DNA of 64,000 nucleotides from Azolla caroliniana (lineage: Eukaryota > Plantae > Polypodiophyta). The stretch is from NCBI GenBank assembly GCA_043228905.1, contig JBHGNT010000015.1, forward strand, positions 11,780,001 to 11,844,000. The letters run 5' to 3'. The notes beneath the pieces are model-generated. The model made no database searches. It saw nothing but the letters and a program-made list of their open reading frames with translations, and was not told where the DNA came from. Numbering within the stretch: position 1 is the first letter of the stretch; each line of letters begins with the position of its first letter. The position numbers and the translations under genes were made by a program. Below are positions 38,690 to 50,862 of this stretch, in pieces.

Positions 38690-40243
38690 CTATTAGATGG
38701 TTCTTTAATTCGGATTTTCCTTTACCTAAGTCGACTATTGGTTCTTTACCTTTCTTTAATGGAATTAGTCATGCATGGGAAAGTATTTGTCAAGCACTTG
38801 TTTTCTTGCCACCAAATGCTTATTCTCAATTCATGCATCAACCATTGTTATGGAATCCTTTATTTACTAATGAAGCTGCATGTGTTTTAGGTTTACACCC
38901 TAGGTTATCTTGGGCGGCATTGGATAATGTCCCTACACGTACGGTTGCGGAGTGGCTAAAGATTTCGGAGATTTCAACGCAGGACCAGAGGAATACGTTG
39001 TCTAATTTAACAGGGGCAAATATTATGTTGTCTCAAGTGTCCATGGTATTTCAGGTAACAATGCCAACTATGCAGTTCGATCATTTTTAGAATTGGTAGG
39101 GTATGTTTTCGACTCTTAATATACTTATAAGAGCTCGTTTATACCATCAAAATGGCAGCCTTTATTTTTATGAAGTTCTAGATAATGGTAGGTTGTTTTT
39201 ACTGGAGGAGGAGGCTCCAATTATGTCTTCTGCAAATCAATTACCAGTGCGAGTACTTGCTCGATTAGATAAAAAGATCTTTATAGATCCTAATCCCTTA
39301 ATGGCTAAATATTCATCTCATATTTGGGTTTTACAATCTAGGCCAATTGTTGATTTGCATTGGAATCCGTCTGATTATGGTTGGAAGTTGTCCAGGTTCG
39401 ACACTTTGCAAACGAAGGTCCTCCCATTCTTCACACATTTTGTGGCGTTTGGAAGGAATTTTCTTTCAAAGCAGATTGAATCAGTACCTATGGGGAAAAA
39501 ATATTGGGAGGAAGGTAATGTGTCATCCTCGCATATGTTGAAGTTCTAGAAACAATTTTGGTCACTTAAGTGTATGAATAAGGTATTACATTTTCGATGG
39601 TTGATGATTCATTATGCCTTGCCAGTAGAAGGCTTATTGAGGGGAACAATGCATGATAGATCATGTGTTTATGTGTGGGTTTGTAGTTGAGACATTGCAT
39701 CATGTTTTTTGGGAATGTGTTTTGGCCAAAAGTTTTTGGTTTCAAATTCTTAGGTTATTAGGACGTAAGCATAGGTCAGCCATTTTCACGTGGGGTGCAG
39801 TATTTTGGGGAAAGTTGGGTCAGCAAAAGGCTTTTTATCATTATCCTAATTCTTCATTGACTTTACATGTAAAATGTTTTCAAGTGTATTCTATTTCAAC
39901 CTCCGTACTGGGAATCAAGTTATTCTCACAGTGTTATGTTTGGTAGATTCTTTCCTCTTTGGCCCTATGGGTTTTGTGGAAAGCGAGGTGTTCCAAACTA
40001 TACAACGATGAACAAACTCATGTTGTGGATCAGGTTAAGAACTTTTGGGAATTATTGATACATACAGTAAAAGGTGAGTATGATAGTTATAAGGGTTATG
40101 GAAATAAAGCTAACAGGAAAAGAAGAAGAATTCCTAGAGTTTGGGCAACTATTCCTATTATGTTGGATGCAAGTGATGATGTTAACTGGAATTACGTTCC
40201 ACCTCGTTGGTTGTTTCCACCATCAACGTCGTTCATAGTGTAG
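38690..40243 (+). mobile_element. LINE (L1-like) ORF2 3' relic
   Basis: zf-RVT-like CGFVVETLHHVFWEC and LWVLWKARC motifs; many stops and frameshifts. Confidence 0.75.
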
Positions 40244-40559
40244 ACAACATGACTCAAGATGGAGGTGGTTGAGGCATAGGTGACTTACTCCGTTCGTGGA
40301 AGTACATTGTTGGATTCAAGACTCAAGCGATGAATGGCAAGATAGTTTATGTGGAAAATGAAGATGATTTATTGCTGCAAGAATGAGTGAGGATGTTATT
40401 GAGGGTTGAAGAAGAATTTCTTGAGGGGATGAGGATAATTCATTCATTTTGTTTGTTGTCTATACAGGAATTTGGTGAAAATGGTGAGAGGGTTGCTATG
40501 GAAATATTTTGAAGCAAATTTAGTTATTTTAACTTTTAGAACCATGAATGAAGTTGGGG

Positions 40560-41107
40560 ACGGAGGTATATACAAATTTTCATGACGGTTTGAGGAGTGT
40601 GTATATACAGGAAGGTGCTGAAGAGCAGAGGAATTTCTTTTTGACCTCAGGCAAATCAGGAACACAAAACTTCCCATTACGGTAGAGTAGACCGTTAGGA
40701 TTGTGGAAGTATACCTTCGAGGATGTGGTGGTGTCTGTTCTAGACTCAACTCTTGCCTAGTATTTTGCAAAATAACTATCATCAGGATACTCTCCTCGAA
40801 GGTGATCATAAAAATCTGATGTTATTTCAGTGAAGCTAAGCATCTTAACTTCACGGATGCGACTTAGCACATCATCGACAATGTTAATGGAACCTTTACG
40901 ATATGGTATGGAAAAATCAAAGTCTTTGATGAGATGTGCCCATTCTGCCTTACAACCTTTGAGTTCATGTTGGTCACAAAAATATTTCAAGGACTTGTTG
41001 TCTGTAGTTACCACAAAACGATTTCCATAAAGATAATGGCGCCCTGTCTTGAGCGCATGAATAACTGCAAATGAACATGGGAGTGGAGGATCTACAATGT
41101 ATCCCAC
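40560..41107 (-). pseudogene. Gypsy RNase H / integrase-linker relic
   Basis: AVIHALKTGRHYLYG, TDNKSLKYF and YRKGSINIVDDVLSR motifs. Confidence 0.75.
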
Positions 41108-41149
41108 TCAAGTACAAAATCCTATTTAAGTCTTTAAGGTCAATACACT

Positions 41150-41434
41150 AACTAGATTCTATCTATGTAACCTCAAGCTCAACTGTGAGGTGTCTGACGT
41201 TTGCTTTGGCTTTCATCGGCTTCTGTCTGGCCTTCGGCTTTCCGAGGCCTTTCCGAGGCTGTTTCAGTTCCTCCCCCCCCAAGCCGGTGACGAAGGCTTG
41301 TACTGTGAAGTGGGCGAATGCTGACTGATTTCCCCCATCGTGGGTCACGAGCTGTCTCGGGCTCTTGTTCGGCCGCCACTTGCATCACAAAGGCATAATG
41401 ATGTGCCCTATACTTGTTGTAACCGAGCCAAGCG
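41150..41434 (-). pseudogene. Short copia relic
   Basis: GYNKYRAHHYAFVMQVAAEQEPE is homologous to [23 protein letters not shown] in the copia at 43133. Confidence 0.65.
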
Positions 41435-43132
41435 ACGGTGTCGTAGTGTAATTCGCACACTACGTGAAAAATTACATTTTTGGTCTCTCCGAATATGACA
41501 TGGAGTAACCGGTGAGAATTGGAAGGAGGAACCGGTAAGGACCGAAACCGGTAAGGAGAACCGGCAAGAGCCGGATGAAGAAGGCCGGTGAGAATCGGTG
41601 AGAAACGAACGAAGAGGACCAGTAAGGAGGACCCGGTAAGGATAACCAAATGGAACTAGATGAAGGAGGAATCGGCAAGGAAGACCCGGTAAGTTGACCC
41701 GGTGAGAGCCCGATGAAGAAGGCCGGTGAGAGTCTCTCACCGGATGAAGAGACATATTTGTAAATAGAAGAAAGTATAAAAACATATATTACATGCATAG
41801 GGCAAGATTCAAACCTTGCACCTCCATGTTAATAATGTTAAGCCTTATCACTATAATAGCATATTATGAATTTTAAAGTTATACTAAACTTTATCCCATT
41901 TAAATATTCTAGATATGCATGGTACAAAAAGTTATTCATACATGCACACACAAGTTAAAAGAAAAGATGGGATAGAAAGCTAATCATGCACATGCAGTGT
42001 GCATGAAAACTAAAGTTAGAAAAAGCATATTAGAGAAAAAAGGTATGGATTGTGAAGATTCTCTCATCACTATATAAGGATGAGGAGCACAATGTAATAG
42101 GGGGTGAAAATACTTGGAAATTGGATATATTTCCGAAAACATCAACCAATTAATATATGCGTGGGATTCACGAAATAATCTATACTTGTGGGATTCACAA
42201 GTTCTTTTTAATCTCTTTCTTTCAATCTAATTACATATTCTTCTCTAAATATTGATTAATCGAATACAATACACTCGTGGGATTCACGGGATTTCTATCT
42301 CTCTTTCTAATAATCTATCCGTAACTATAAACTTGTCTCAAATTCTTCCTCTTCCTAGTCCAAAACCCCAATGGTTCCCACCCGACTCACGCAACGATCT
42401 GGCGTCGAAAGGCATGACACAAGTGGTCAACCCGACATGAAGATGGGTGGCAAGGAGATGGAGAATCAACAAGAGGTGATGAGCATGATGATGATGATGA
42501 TTGAGCGAATGCAACAAGAGCAACGTGCGATGTCGGAGATGAAGTCCGCAGTAGAGGGGCTTGTCCAACGAAACGGGAAATTCAATGGAAATGATGTGTC
42601 ACGCTATCTACGTGACTACAAGGCGGAGATGATGCGATGTGGGATACCGGAAGGATTGCAAGTGATATCCTTCAGCCGGGTAGCCACGGATGGGTTACAA
42701 GAGGGAATCTACAAGATACGGCAACAAAACCCAACATGGGGGTCCTTTGAAGAAACTTTACGAGAGGCATATGATTACGAGAGACCGAAGGGAAGAGATC
42801 GGCGAGAGTTTGATGAATGGGTGGCCTCGGAGAAGACCCACCTAAGTGCAACACAAGCATTCCTAGAGTTCGAGCATAGTTTTGCTCGACTCTCGGAGCG
42901 GGAACAAAGATTGGTGGGGAATGTTCGTAAGATCGATTTATCGGAAAGAAAGGATGGACATCGGGATCGAACTCGAAGATGATGACGGTGCAAATGGTCT
43001 TACTCAGGATTGGGCTGACGTCGAAAGGGTATGCCGAAGACATGATAAGACGAAGATGAGAATATCATCGGCAACAACATGGCCTATCAGGGATGATCGA
43101 TTAAGGATAAACGATGTGGCTAATATGAAGGC

Positions 43133-46100
43133 TGTAGAAAGTAACGTGCGGAAGCAAGTATGAAGACCGAACAGAAGGAAGAAAACTCAGGTTCAATGGA
43201 GAGCTTGAGCTTACGCAGTATACTCGGGAGAGACAGAGAGAAACTCAAAAACTATATTCAACAATAATACTCAATCTGTACATAAGAAGTGCTAAGTGAG
43301 CACTTTTATACAAGTCCTAGAAGGACTGACCGAAGTACTGACAGTACTTCAATGCTCATCAAGAGCTCCTACACTAACTCCCAAATATATTCCTCACGGA
43401 ATATCTTTCCTAACGGCCTCCCGGTTTATGCACTCGGCCTAACCGATCCGGTCCTCGGCTTCTTCAGCCGATCCGGCCGATGTTGAGCTTGTCTCTCAAC
43501 ACTCCCCCTCAAGCTCAACTTGAGGCTCTTCGGAATCTTCACAACACCGGTTCCTCCTGGCTTCTCGCCTCGCTCGCGCTCCTCGACCTGTTCGACTCCG
43601 CGCGCTTCGACCCTTCCGGTCGGCTTGTCTGCTCATGTGGCCCTCATCAGCTCTTCTGTTGTTGCGGTGTTGACGCTTCTTCTGCTGCCTTTTCTTCCGC
43701 TTGGGCCTCGGTTGATTCAGCGTGTCTGAATCAAACATCCGAACCGACTCAGCTACCTCCGATCGGTCTTCGCTCTCGTCCGAGTTGGCTGTCTCCAACT
43801 CGTCTTCGGTCTTCTCGCCCTCGATGGCGTCATCCTCCTCATGCGTGGTTGGCTTCGGCTCTCTCCTTCGGTTGCTCCCCTTCTGTTCGCTTCCGAACTT
43901 TTCGGCGGGTCCGCCCTCGGCTTCTTCAGCCGATCCGAAGTCGAACTCGACAACCGACTCGGTGTCGCGATCTCCGCTCCTTTCCTGCTGCTTTGCTTGG
44001 TCGTTCAGGACTGTTCTCCCCCTCAAGTTTGGCACGTCGAGGTGACGCAATCCGAGCGCACTTGAGAATTACCGCAACTTGTCCAGACCAAGAGGCTTGG
44101 TGAAGATGTCGGCAGTCTGCCGATCCGTCGGAACGTAATGAAGTTCGACTTCACCGGAAAGGACACGCTCACGGACGAAATGGTAGTGCACCTCAATGTG
44201 CTTGGTCCGTGCGTGGAAGACGGGGTTCTTCGCAAGTTGGATGTTGCTAAGGTTGTCGCAGTAGATCGTCGTTGGATCGGACACCTCCTCTCGCAGGTCC
44301 TTAAGTAACCGCTTCAACCATATGGCTTTGCATGTCGCGACAGCCGCTCCTCGGTACTCAGCTTCAGTGCTCGACAGTGCAACTGTCGGCTGCTTCTTAT
44401 TGCTCCACGCGATCGCGGCACTCCCGAGGGAGAACGCGTATCCAGACGTGGATCGGCGATCGGCGGCGTTGCCAGCCCAATCAGCATCGGTGTAGCCGAC
44501 TAACTGCGTGGCTGCACCGGTCCGATATAGCAGTCCCCGGTCCTTAGTGTCGTTGACATACCGAAGTATGCGTTGCGCACACTGAAGGTGCTCCTCGGTA
44601 GGTCGCGCCATCAACTGACTGATCACCCCGACCGGATAACTGAGGTCGGGTCGAGTGATGGTCAAGTATATAAGGCTTCCGACAATTTGTCGGAACCTCG
44701 TCGGGTCGCATACCTTTCCCGTATCGGGACGAAGCTTGACGGTTCTGTCCAGAGGAGTCGAGACGGACTTACAGTCGGCCATCCCGAATTTGAAGAGCAT
44801 ACTCAGCACGTAATGACGTTGGCTGATCAATATGCCTTCGGGGGTACGGATCACTTCGATCCCGAGGAAGTAATGAAGGTCCCCCAGATCCTTCATGTCG
44901 AACGATGCCACAAGCTGGAGCTTCACGCAGTCGATTTCACCTAGGTCGGCGCCGGTGATGACCAAGTCATCAACATATAGTAGAATACTAACCGGTCTGA
45001 GTCGACCTTTCCGGATGAACAGGGAAGAGTCCGATTTTGACGTGACGAAGCCCATCCGACGCAGTTGTTGCGTGATCTTCGCGTTCCAGGCACGCGGGGC
45101 TTGCTTCAGTCCGTAAAGGGACTTCTTCAATCGGCATACTGTCGAGGAGTTCGTTCCGGAGTGAAATCCGGGGGGCTGTACCATGTACACTTGTTCCTCA
45201 AGGTCACCTTGCAGGAACGCATTCTTTACATCCATTTGATGTAGGTGCCACCCCTTGGCCGCGGCTACTGCGAGCAAAACACGAACGGTCGTCATTTTCG
45301 CGACCGGCGCAAACGTCTCATCATAGTCGATGCCATGTTTCTACGCGTAGCCCTTTGCCACTAGCCGAGCCTTGTACCGGTTGACCGAGCCATCAGTGTT
45401 GTACTTGACCTTGTACACCCACCTACACCCGATCGGTTTTACCCCTATTGGTGCGTCAACCAGGTCCCAAGTCTCGTTCTCCGCCAATGCGTGCATCTCT
45501 TCCTCCATCGCGGCACGCCAATTCGCGTCTTTAGCCGCTTTTGCGTAGCTCTCTGGCTCACGCACTTCCGCTACACGGGTCATGTATGCATAATGATGCG
45601 CCATGTACTCGTTGTATCCGAACCGCACAATTGGGTTCTTTTGGCGGGTAGATCGGCGTAATCTCACATTAGTCGATGTCGAGGCCTTCTCGGTCGACGC
45701 GGTCTTCATCGTCATTATCGCGACCGGCGCAAACGTCTCATCGTAGTCGATGCCGTGTTTCTGCGCGTAGCCCTTTGCCACTAGCCGAGCCTTGTACCGG
45801 TTGACCGAGCCATCAGTGTTGTACTTGACCTTGTACACCCACCTAAACCCGATCAGTTTTACCCCTATTGGTGCGTCAACCAGGTCCCAAGTCTCGTTCT
45901 CCGCCAATGCGTGCATCTCTTCCTCCATCGCGGCACGCCAATTCGCGTCTTTAGCCGCTTCTGCGTAGCTCTCTGGCTCACGCACTTCCGCTACACGGGT
46001 CATGTACGCATAATGATGCGCCATGTACTCGTTGTATCCGAACCGCACAACTGGGTTCTTTTGGCGGGTAGATCAGCGTAATCTCACATTAGCCGATGTC

Positions 46101-49100
46101 GAGGCCTTCTCGGTCGACGCGGTCTTCATCTTTAAAGACCTGTTACCGGTTCCCTCGGAGTCGGACTCGCGTCAGTCTGACTCGTTCCTTTCCGTGCCGG
46201 AATCCGACACCTTCTTCTTCCCTTTCTCTTTGCGTGTAAGCCGTCTCCTCGGCTTCCTGCGCGGGGAATGCACGGTCGAGTTCCACTACTCGCCGGCTCT
46301 TCATCGGACTGGTCATACCGACTCAGTCGTCCAATCGGTCCACTTAACCGGAGTGAAATCGGAATCTCTTCGCGGGTCTCGATTTCGGGCTCATTCGGAG
46401 GCATCTCGGCCTCGCTGACCTCATCGTCAAAACTCGGATTGGAGTCTAGGTTCGTAGTCGGGGGCAGGTACCAGGACGCGGACTCGTCAAACACCACGTC
46501 GCGGTTGACACGCGCTTGTTTGGTGCAAGGGTTATAGCACTTATAACCCTTCTGCTCGTCCGAGTAACCGACCAAGATGCATTTCTCGGCCTTTGCGTCC
46601 AGCTTCCTCCTTTTCTCCTTCGGTATATGCACATACGCAATGCTACCGAACACCCTCAAGTGTCGCAAGTTCGGCTTCGTTCCGAAATATAGCTCGTGCG
46701 CCGACACTTTGTCTCCGATCCGGTTTTGGATGTATACCGCGGTCCTTACCGCCTCGGCCCAATAGAACTTGGGCAAGCTCTTCTCCTCCAGCATCGCCCG
46801 TGCCGCTTCCACAACTAACTGATTCTTTCTCTCGGCCACGCCGTTTTGCTCCGGCGTGTATCTACAACTGAATTCGCGGCGAATTCCCATTTGTTGTAGG
46901 TAACCGTTGAATTGACCGGAAAAGTACTCTTTCCCGCCATCCGACCGCAGGCACTTGATCTTTCATCCCGTTTTCGTTTCCACGAACCCTTTGAGGTCCC
47001 GGAAACAGTCAAAGACTTCGCTCTTCCTCTCAATGAGGTAGATCCACGTGTCCCGCGTGTGGTCGTCGATGAAGGAGACGAAGTATCGGCTCCCGCCAAG
47101 ACTAACGTTTTGTGCCGGCCCCCACACATCCGAGTGTATAAGGTCGAGCTTGTTCCGGCTCCGGTTTCGCTCGTTGGGGAAAGGAAGTCGGTGTTGCTTC
47201 CCGAGCTGGCAGGCTTCAAAAATTTGTGCCTTTCGGCCACTAAACTTGGGCAATCCGAACACTACCTGTTTCGATTGCAGATCTTGAAGCCGCTGGTAGT
47301 TGATGTGGCCTATCCGCTTGTGCCACAAGTCGATGTCCAACTCGGTTTTTCTTCCCTTCGCGAACATTGTGGTGCCGCCGTCAGTGGAGTCGAGGATGAA
47401 CATCCTCCCGTCTCTGCGCCCTTGCGCAATGACACGGCCTTCTTCCTCAATGAAGCACCCGAGGTGTGTAAACCGAACCTCCATCCCTTGGTCGACGATC
47501 TGTCCGACCGAGACCAAGTTTTTCGTGATTGTCCGAACGTGTAGCACGTTCATGAGTTTCCCTTTCTGCTCGACATGGCTAAGGGGAACTTCTCCGACAT
47601 TCGCGATCGGATGCGAAGTGTCGTCTCCAGTTGCGACTACTCCAGGTTGTATCAGTTTTTCGAGGTACGAGAACCACTCCTTATGGCTCGTCATGTGGTT
47701 TGACGCGCCAGAGTCTACGTACCACACCTCGTCCGATCTCGGGGTGGTCTGCTTCATTGAGTTTGCTTCGTGTCTCGTCACAAAGGCAGTCCCTTTTCCG
47801 GCTCTCCCGGAGTCTTCGGCGTAGTACGATCGCTGCCGATTTCCCTCGTCGGTATGTCTGGAGCCGTTCCCGGAACCAGTTCTCTCCGAATCGGCACGCT
47901 TCTTCCAGCACTCACTTTCCTTGTGGCCTTTCTTGCCATAGTACCAGCACTCCGCGATGGACTTCCCTTGCCGGTTCTCATCGCTTCGACTCCCCCTGTT
48001 TCCGGAGGGTCCGGAGTTGCCGTCGGCATCACTTCGGTGCCTTCTTTCTTGATCTCGTCGGCCGCCTCCATTGCATGCCGACTCGCCTCGTCCTCCACGT
48101 CCACGGGGCCTATCTCCCTCCGTGTACAGCATTCTGTTGTCGGTGTGTGTGCTTGTAGACGCACCCGCGTGGTTCTCCTCTACCAGGAGCATCGACTGTA
48201 AGTCGAAAAAGGACGGCGTATTCTCCCAGGTACACAGCCGTTCGGAACGCTCCGAACTTCGACGCCAAACCTCCGAGACAGATCTGGACCATCTTGCTCT
48301 CCTCGATGTTCACCTCTATGGAGGTGAGGGAGTCGCAGATATCCTTGATCTTCGAGGTATAGTCCGCCACCGACAAGTCGCGTTGTGGTAGGTTGCTCAA
48401 CTCCTTTCGGAGCTGAAGCTTCCTGGTTGTGGTGCTCGCGGCGAAGATCTTCTTCAGATTTTCCCACGCACCCTTCGGCGTCTTTGCATCCCGAACATAG
48501 CTCAATAGTTGTTTGCCCACACACGACGTGAAGCAGTATAATACCCTGCTCGTCGATTGCTCCCACGACGGGAAGTCTCTGTGTGTCGATTCGGGTGCCG
48601 CGTCATTAGCTCCTTCAACATAACTCCAATAGTCGTGCCCGAACAGGTACTGGTGCATCTTGTAGGACCAAGACGCGTAGTTGGTTCTGTCGAGCTTCTC
48701 TGTTGGAAGCGAGCTCGCCATGCCTCTATCCATCGTTCTTCTTGTTCTTCTTCGTCAAGCTGTGTCGGCTGCAAAGAGGTTCTCAACCCTCGCGCTCTAA
48801 TACCATGTAGAAAGTAATGTGCGGAAGCAAGTATGAAGACCGAACAGAAGGAAGGAAACTCAGGTTCAATGGAGAGCTTGAGCTTACGCAGTATACTCGA
48901 GAGAGACAGAGAGAAACTCAAAAACTATATTCAACAATAATACTCAATCTGTACATAAGACGTGCTCAGTGAGCACTTTTATACAAGTCCTAGAAGGACT
49001 GACCGAAGTACTGACAGTACTTCAATGCTCATCAAGAGCTCCTACACTAACTCCCAAATATATTCCTCACGGAATATCTTTCCTAACGGCCTCCCGGTTT

Positions 49101-49188
49101 ATGCACTCGGCCTAACCGATCGGTCCCAACCGATCCGGTCCTCGGCTTCTTCAGCCGATCCGGCCGATGTTGAGCTTGTCTCTCAACA
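43133..49188 (-). mobile_element. Full-length Ty1/copia with a disrupted polyprotein
   Basis: LTRs 43133-43501 and 48806-49188; TSD AAGGC; PBS TGGTATTAGAGC; PPT 43502-43513; gag, PR (YVDSGAS), INT, RT (YVDD) and RH present. Confidence 0.97.
45291..46130. repeat. 420-bp tandem duplication at the INT-RT junction of the copia
   Basis: 45291-45710 matches 45711-46130 with 11 substitutions counted by eye. Confidence 0.95.
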
Positions 49189-50862
49189 AAGGCTAAAATA
49201 CAACATGATGGTACCACAGAAGAGGGTGTGAAACAAGCTACCCTCACTTCTTGCGAAAGAACGATGGCCAAGGATAAGGCCGATGACTTGAGTTTGGCGA
49301 ACACCACTTTAAGAGTAGAAGAAGGGTTCAGAATACAAGTATCCGAAACATCGGGTGAAAAAGGGGTAAACATAATTGATGCTTGCATGATCGAGGGAGA
49401 TAAAAAGTGTGAGGCAGACTTGATTGAGGAGGTCGCCACGACAGATGACATCGAATCGGAGGTGGCTAAGGACGAATCAATGTCGGATGACCATATCGAG
49501 ACTTTCCCATCACTAATTCCAGAGACTTTGGCGGTTGCGTTCGAAAAGCAACGTGAGACCGAAGAGACGGAAGATGGCAAAGAGAAAACGAAGGTCGAAG
49601 CTGATGCATACAACAGAGAGATAGCCAAGAAGGTGGCTATGGGTGAAACGACGGAGGATGGTAATACCGAGGATTCTTGCCCACTAATTCTAGAGCCTTT
49701 GGCGGTTGTGTCTGAGAACCAACGTGAGACCAGAGAGACGGGAGGTGGCGACAAGAAAGGTAAAGTCGGAAACCGGTTCAAATGGAAGATAATCCAGACG
49801 AAATTCCGATCTAAACAAAAACCGACCCGGAAGGGGGCCGTCATGAATGGGGTGTTGTCTAAACGATAATAAACTCATGTCATTGAGCAATTTTAGCATC
49901 AGAATCTCCAACTATACCATCCCATTGTCCGTTCAAAGTATGAACTAGGTCTAACAAAAAATTTGAAACCAATTCAGCTGGTGATGTCCCTACAATATTG
50001 TAGGGGTTAGCTTAAGTGTTCCAACTTCCAACAAACTCCATGGGGAGGCAATAAACCTCCGTGAAGGTTTGCAGCCTCATATTTGCCCTTTAAAAATGAC
50101 TTATCAACCTACACTAGTGTTTGCTAGCTCATATGCTGTTCTTCAGAAACAACTGTGGCTTAATGAGAATTATTCAAACAAATTTGAACTTGCTCACCGC
50201 AATTACATAAAGTCACTCCAAAAAACTTGAAAGTATAGATAAAAAGCAATTTCACTTCATTCCCCATCAATATTGACAGATGTTTCAAGTGTTGGACATC
50301 ATGACTTTTTTAAAAGGGCACAAGACCAAATGATACAGTGTCATGTTTGGATGCAAGATAAATTGATACAAGGGTATGTTCTAATGAAGGAAATATATAT
50401 ATATATATATATGTATATACAAAATCAGGCACGGAATGTGCTTTCATCCACCGCATTCAAAATACAATGTAGCTACCACATTCACATATATTTAAACATT
50501 CCTAAACAGTCGGGGTTTGTCTGCTGGATTGAGGCCCTCCCCGCCTACACAGTACATGTATAGGGTTTGTTTCATCCTAAATCATTCATATAAGTCACAT
50601 TCTTTGAATCTATTTAGACATTCTTAATAGATGGGTTGTATATCTGAAGAACTTCATGGATGTCGTCACCAGTGCCATCAAATTTGGTTAGGCCAACCCC
50701 TGGTGTTACATATAAGGGCTCGATTTCAGCCTATGCCGCATTCTATCCATCAACAAAAGAGGGCTTACCATGGCCCTTTGAAGCATCATTTGGATCGATA
50801 CTTTAGGTTCTCATCTCTCTATTTACAGAAGAAATTCTGGAGTTTAAGTCTGCCCAAAAAAC

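Larger units (their letters stand above)
41439..49869 (+). mobile_element. tRNA-Trp-primed LTR element, copy 2, 3'-truncated and interrupted by a copia
   Basis: LTR 41439-42419 (TGTCGT...TGACA); PBS TGGTCAACCCGACATGAA at 42424; gag (GKFNGNDVSRYLRDY); acidic ORF resumes at 49189. Confidence 0.88.

Noticed and set aside
42371-42450. gag apparently starting inside the LTR (MVPTRLTQRS) and reading through the PBS
   Set aside because: Other copies have GTG at that position, so the ATG is probably a G-to-A change; downstream Met codons are more likely starts
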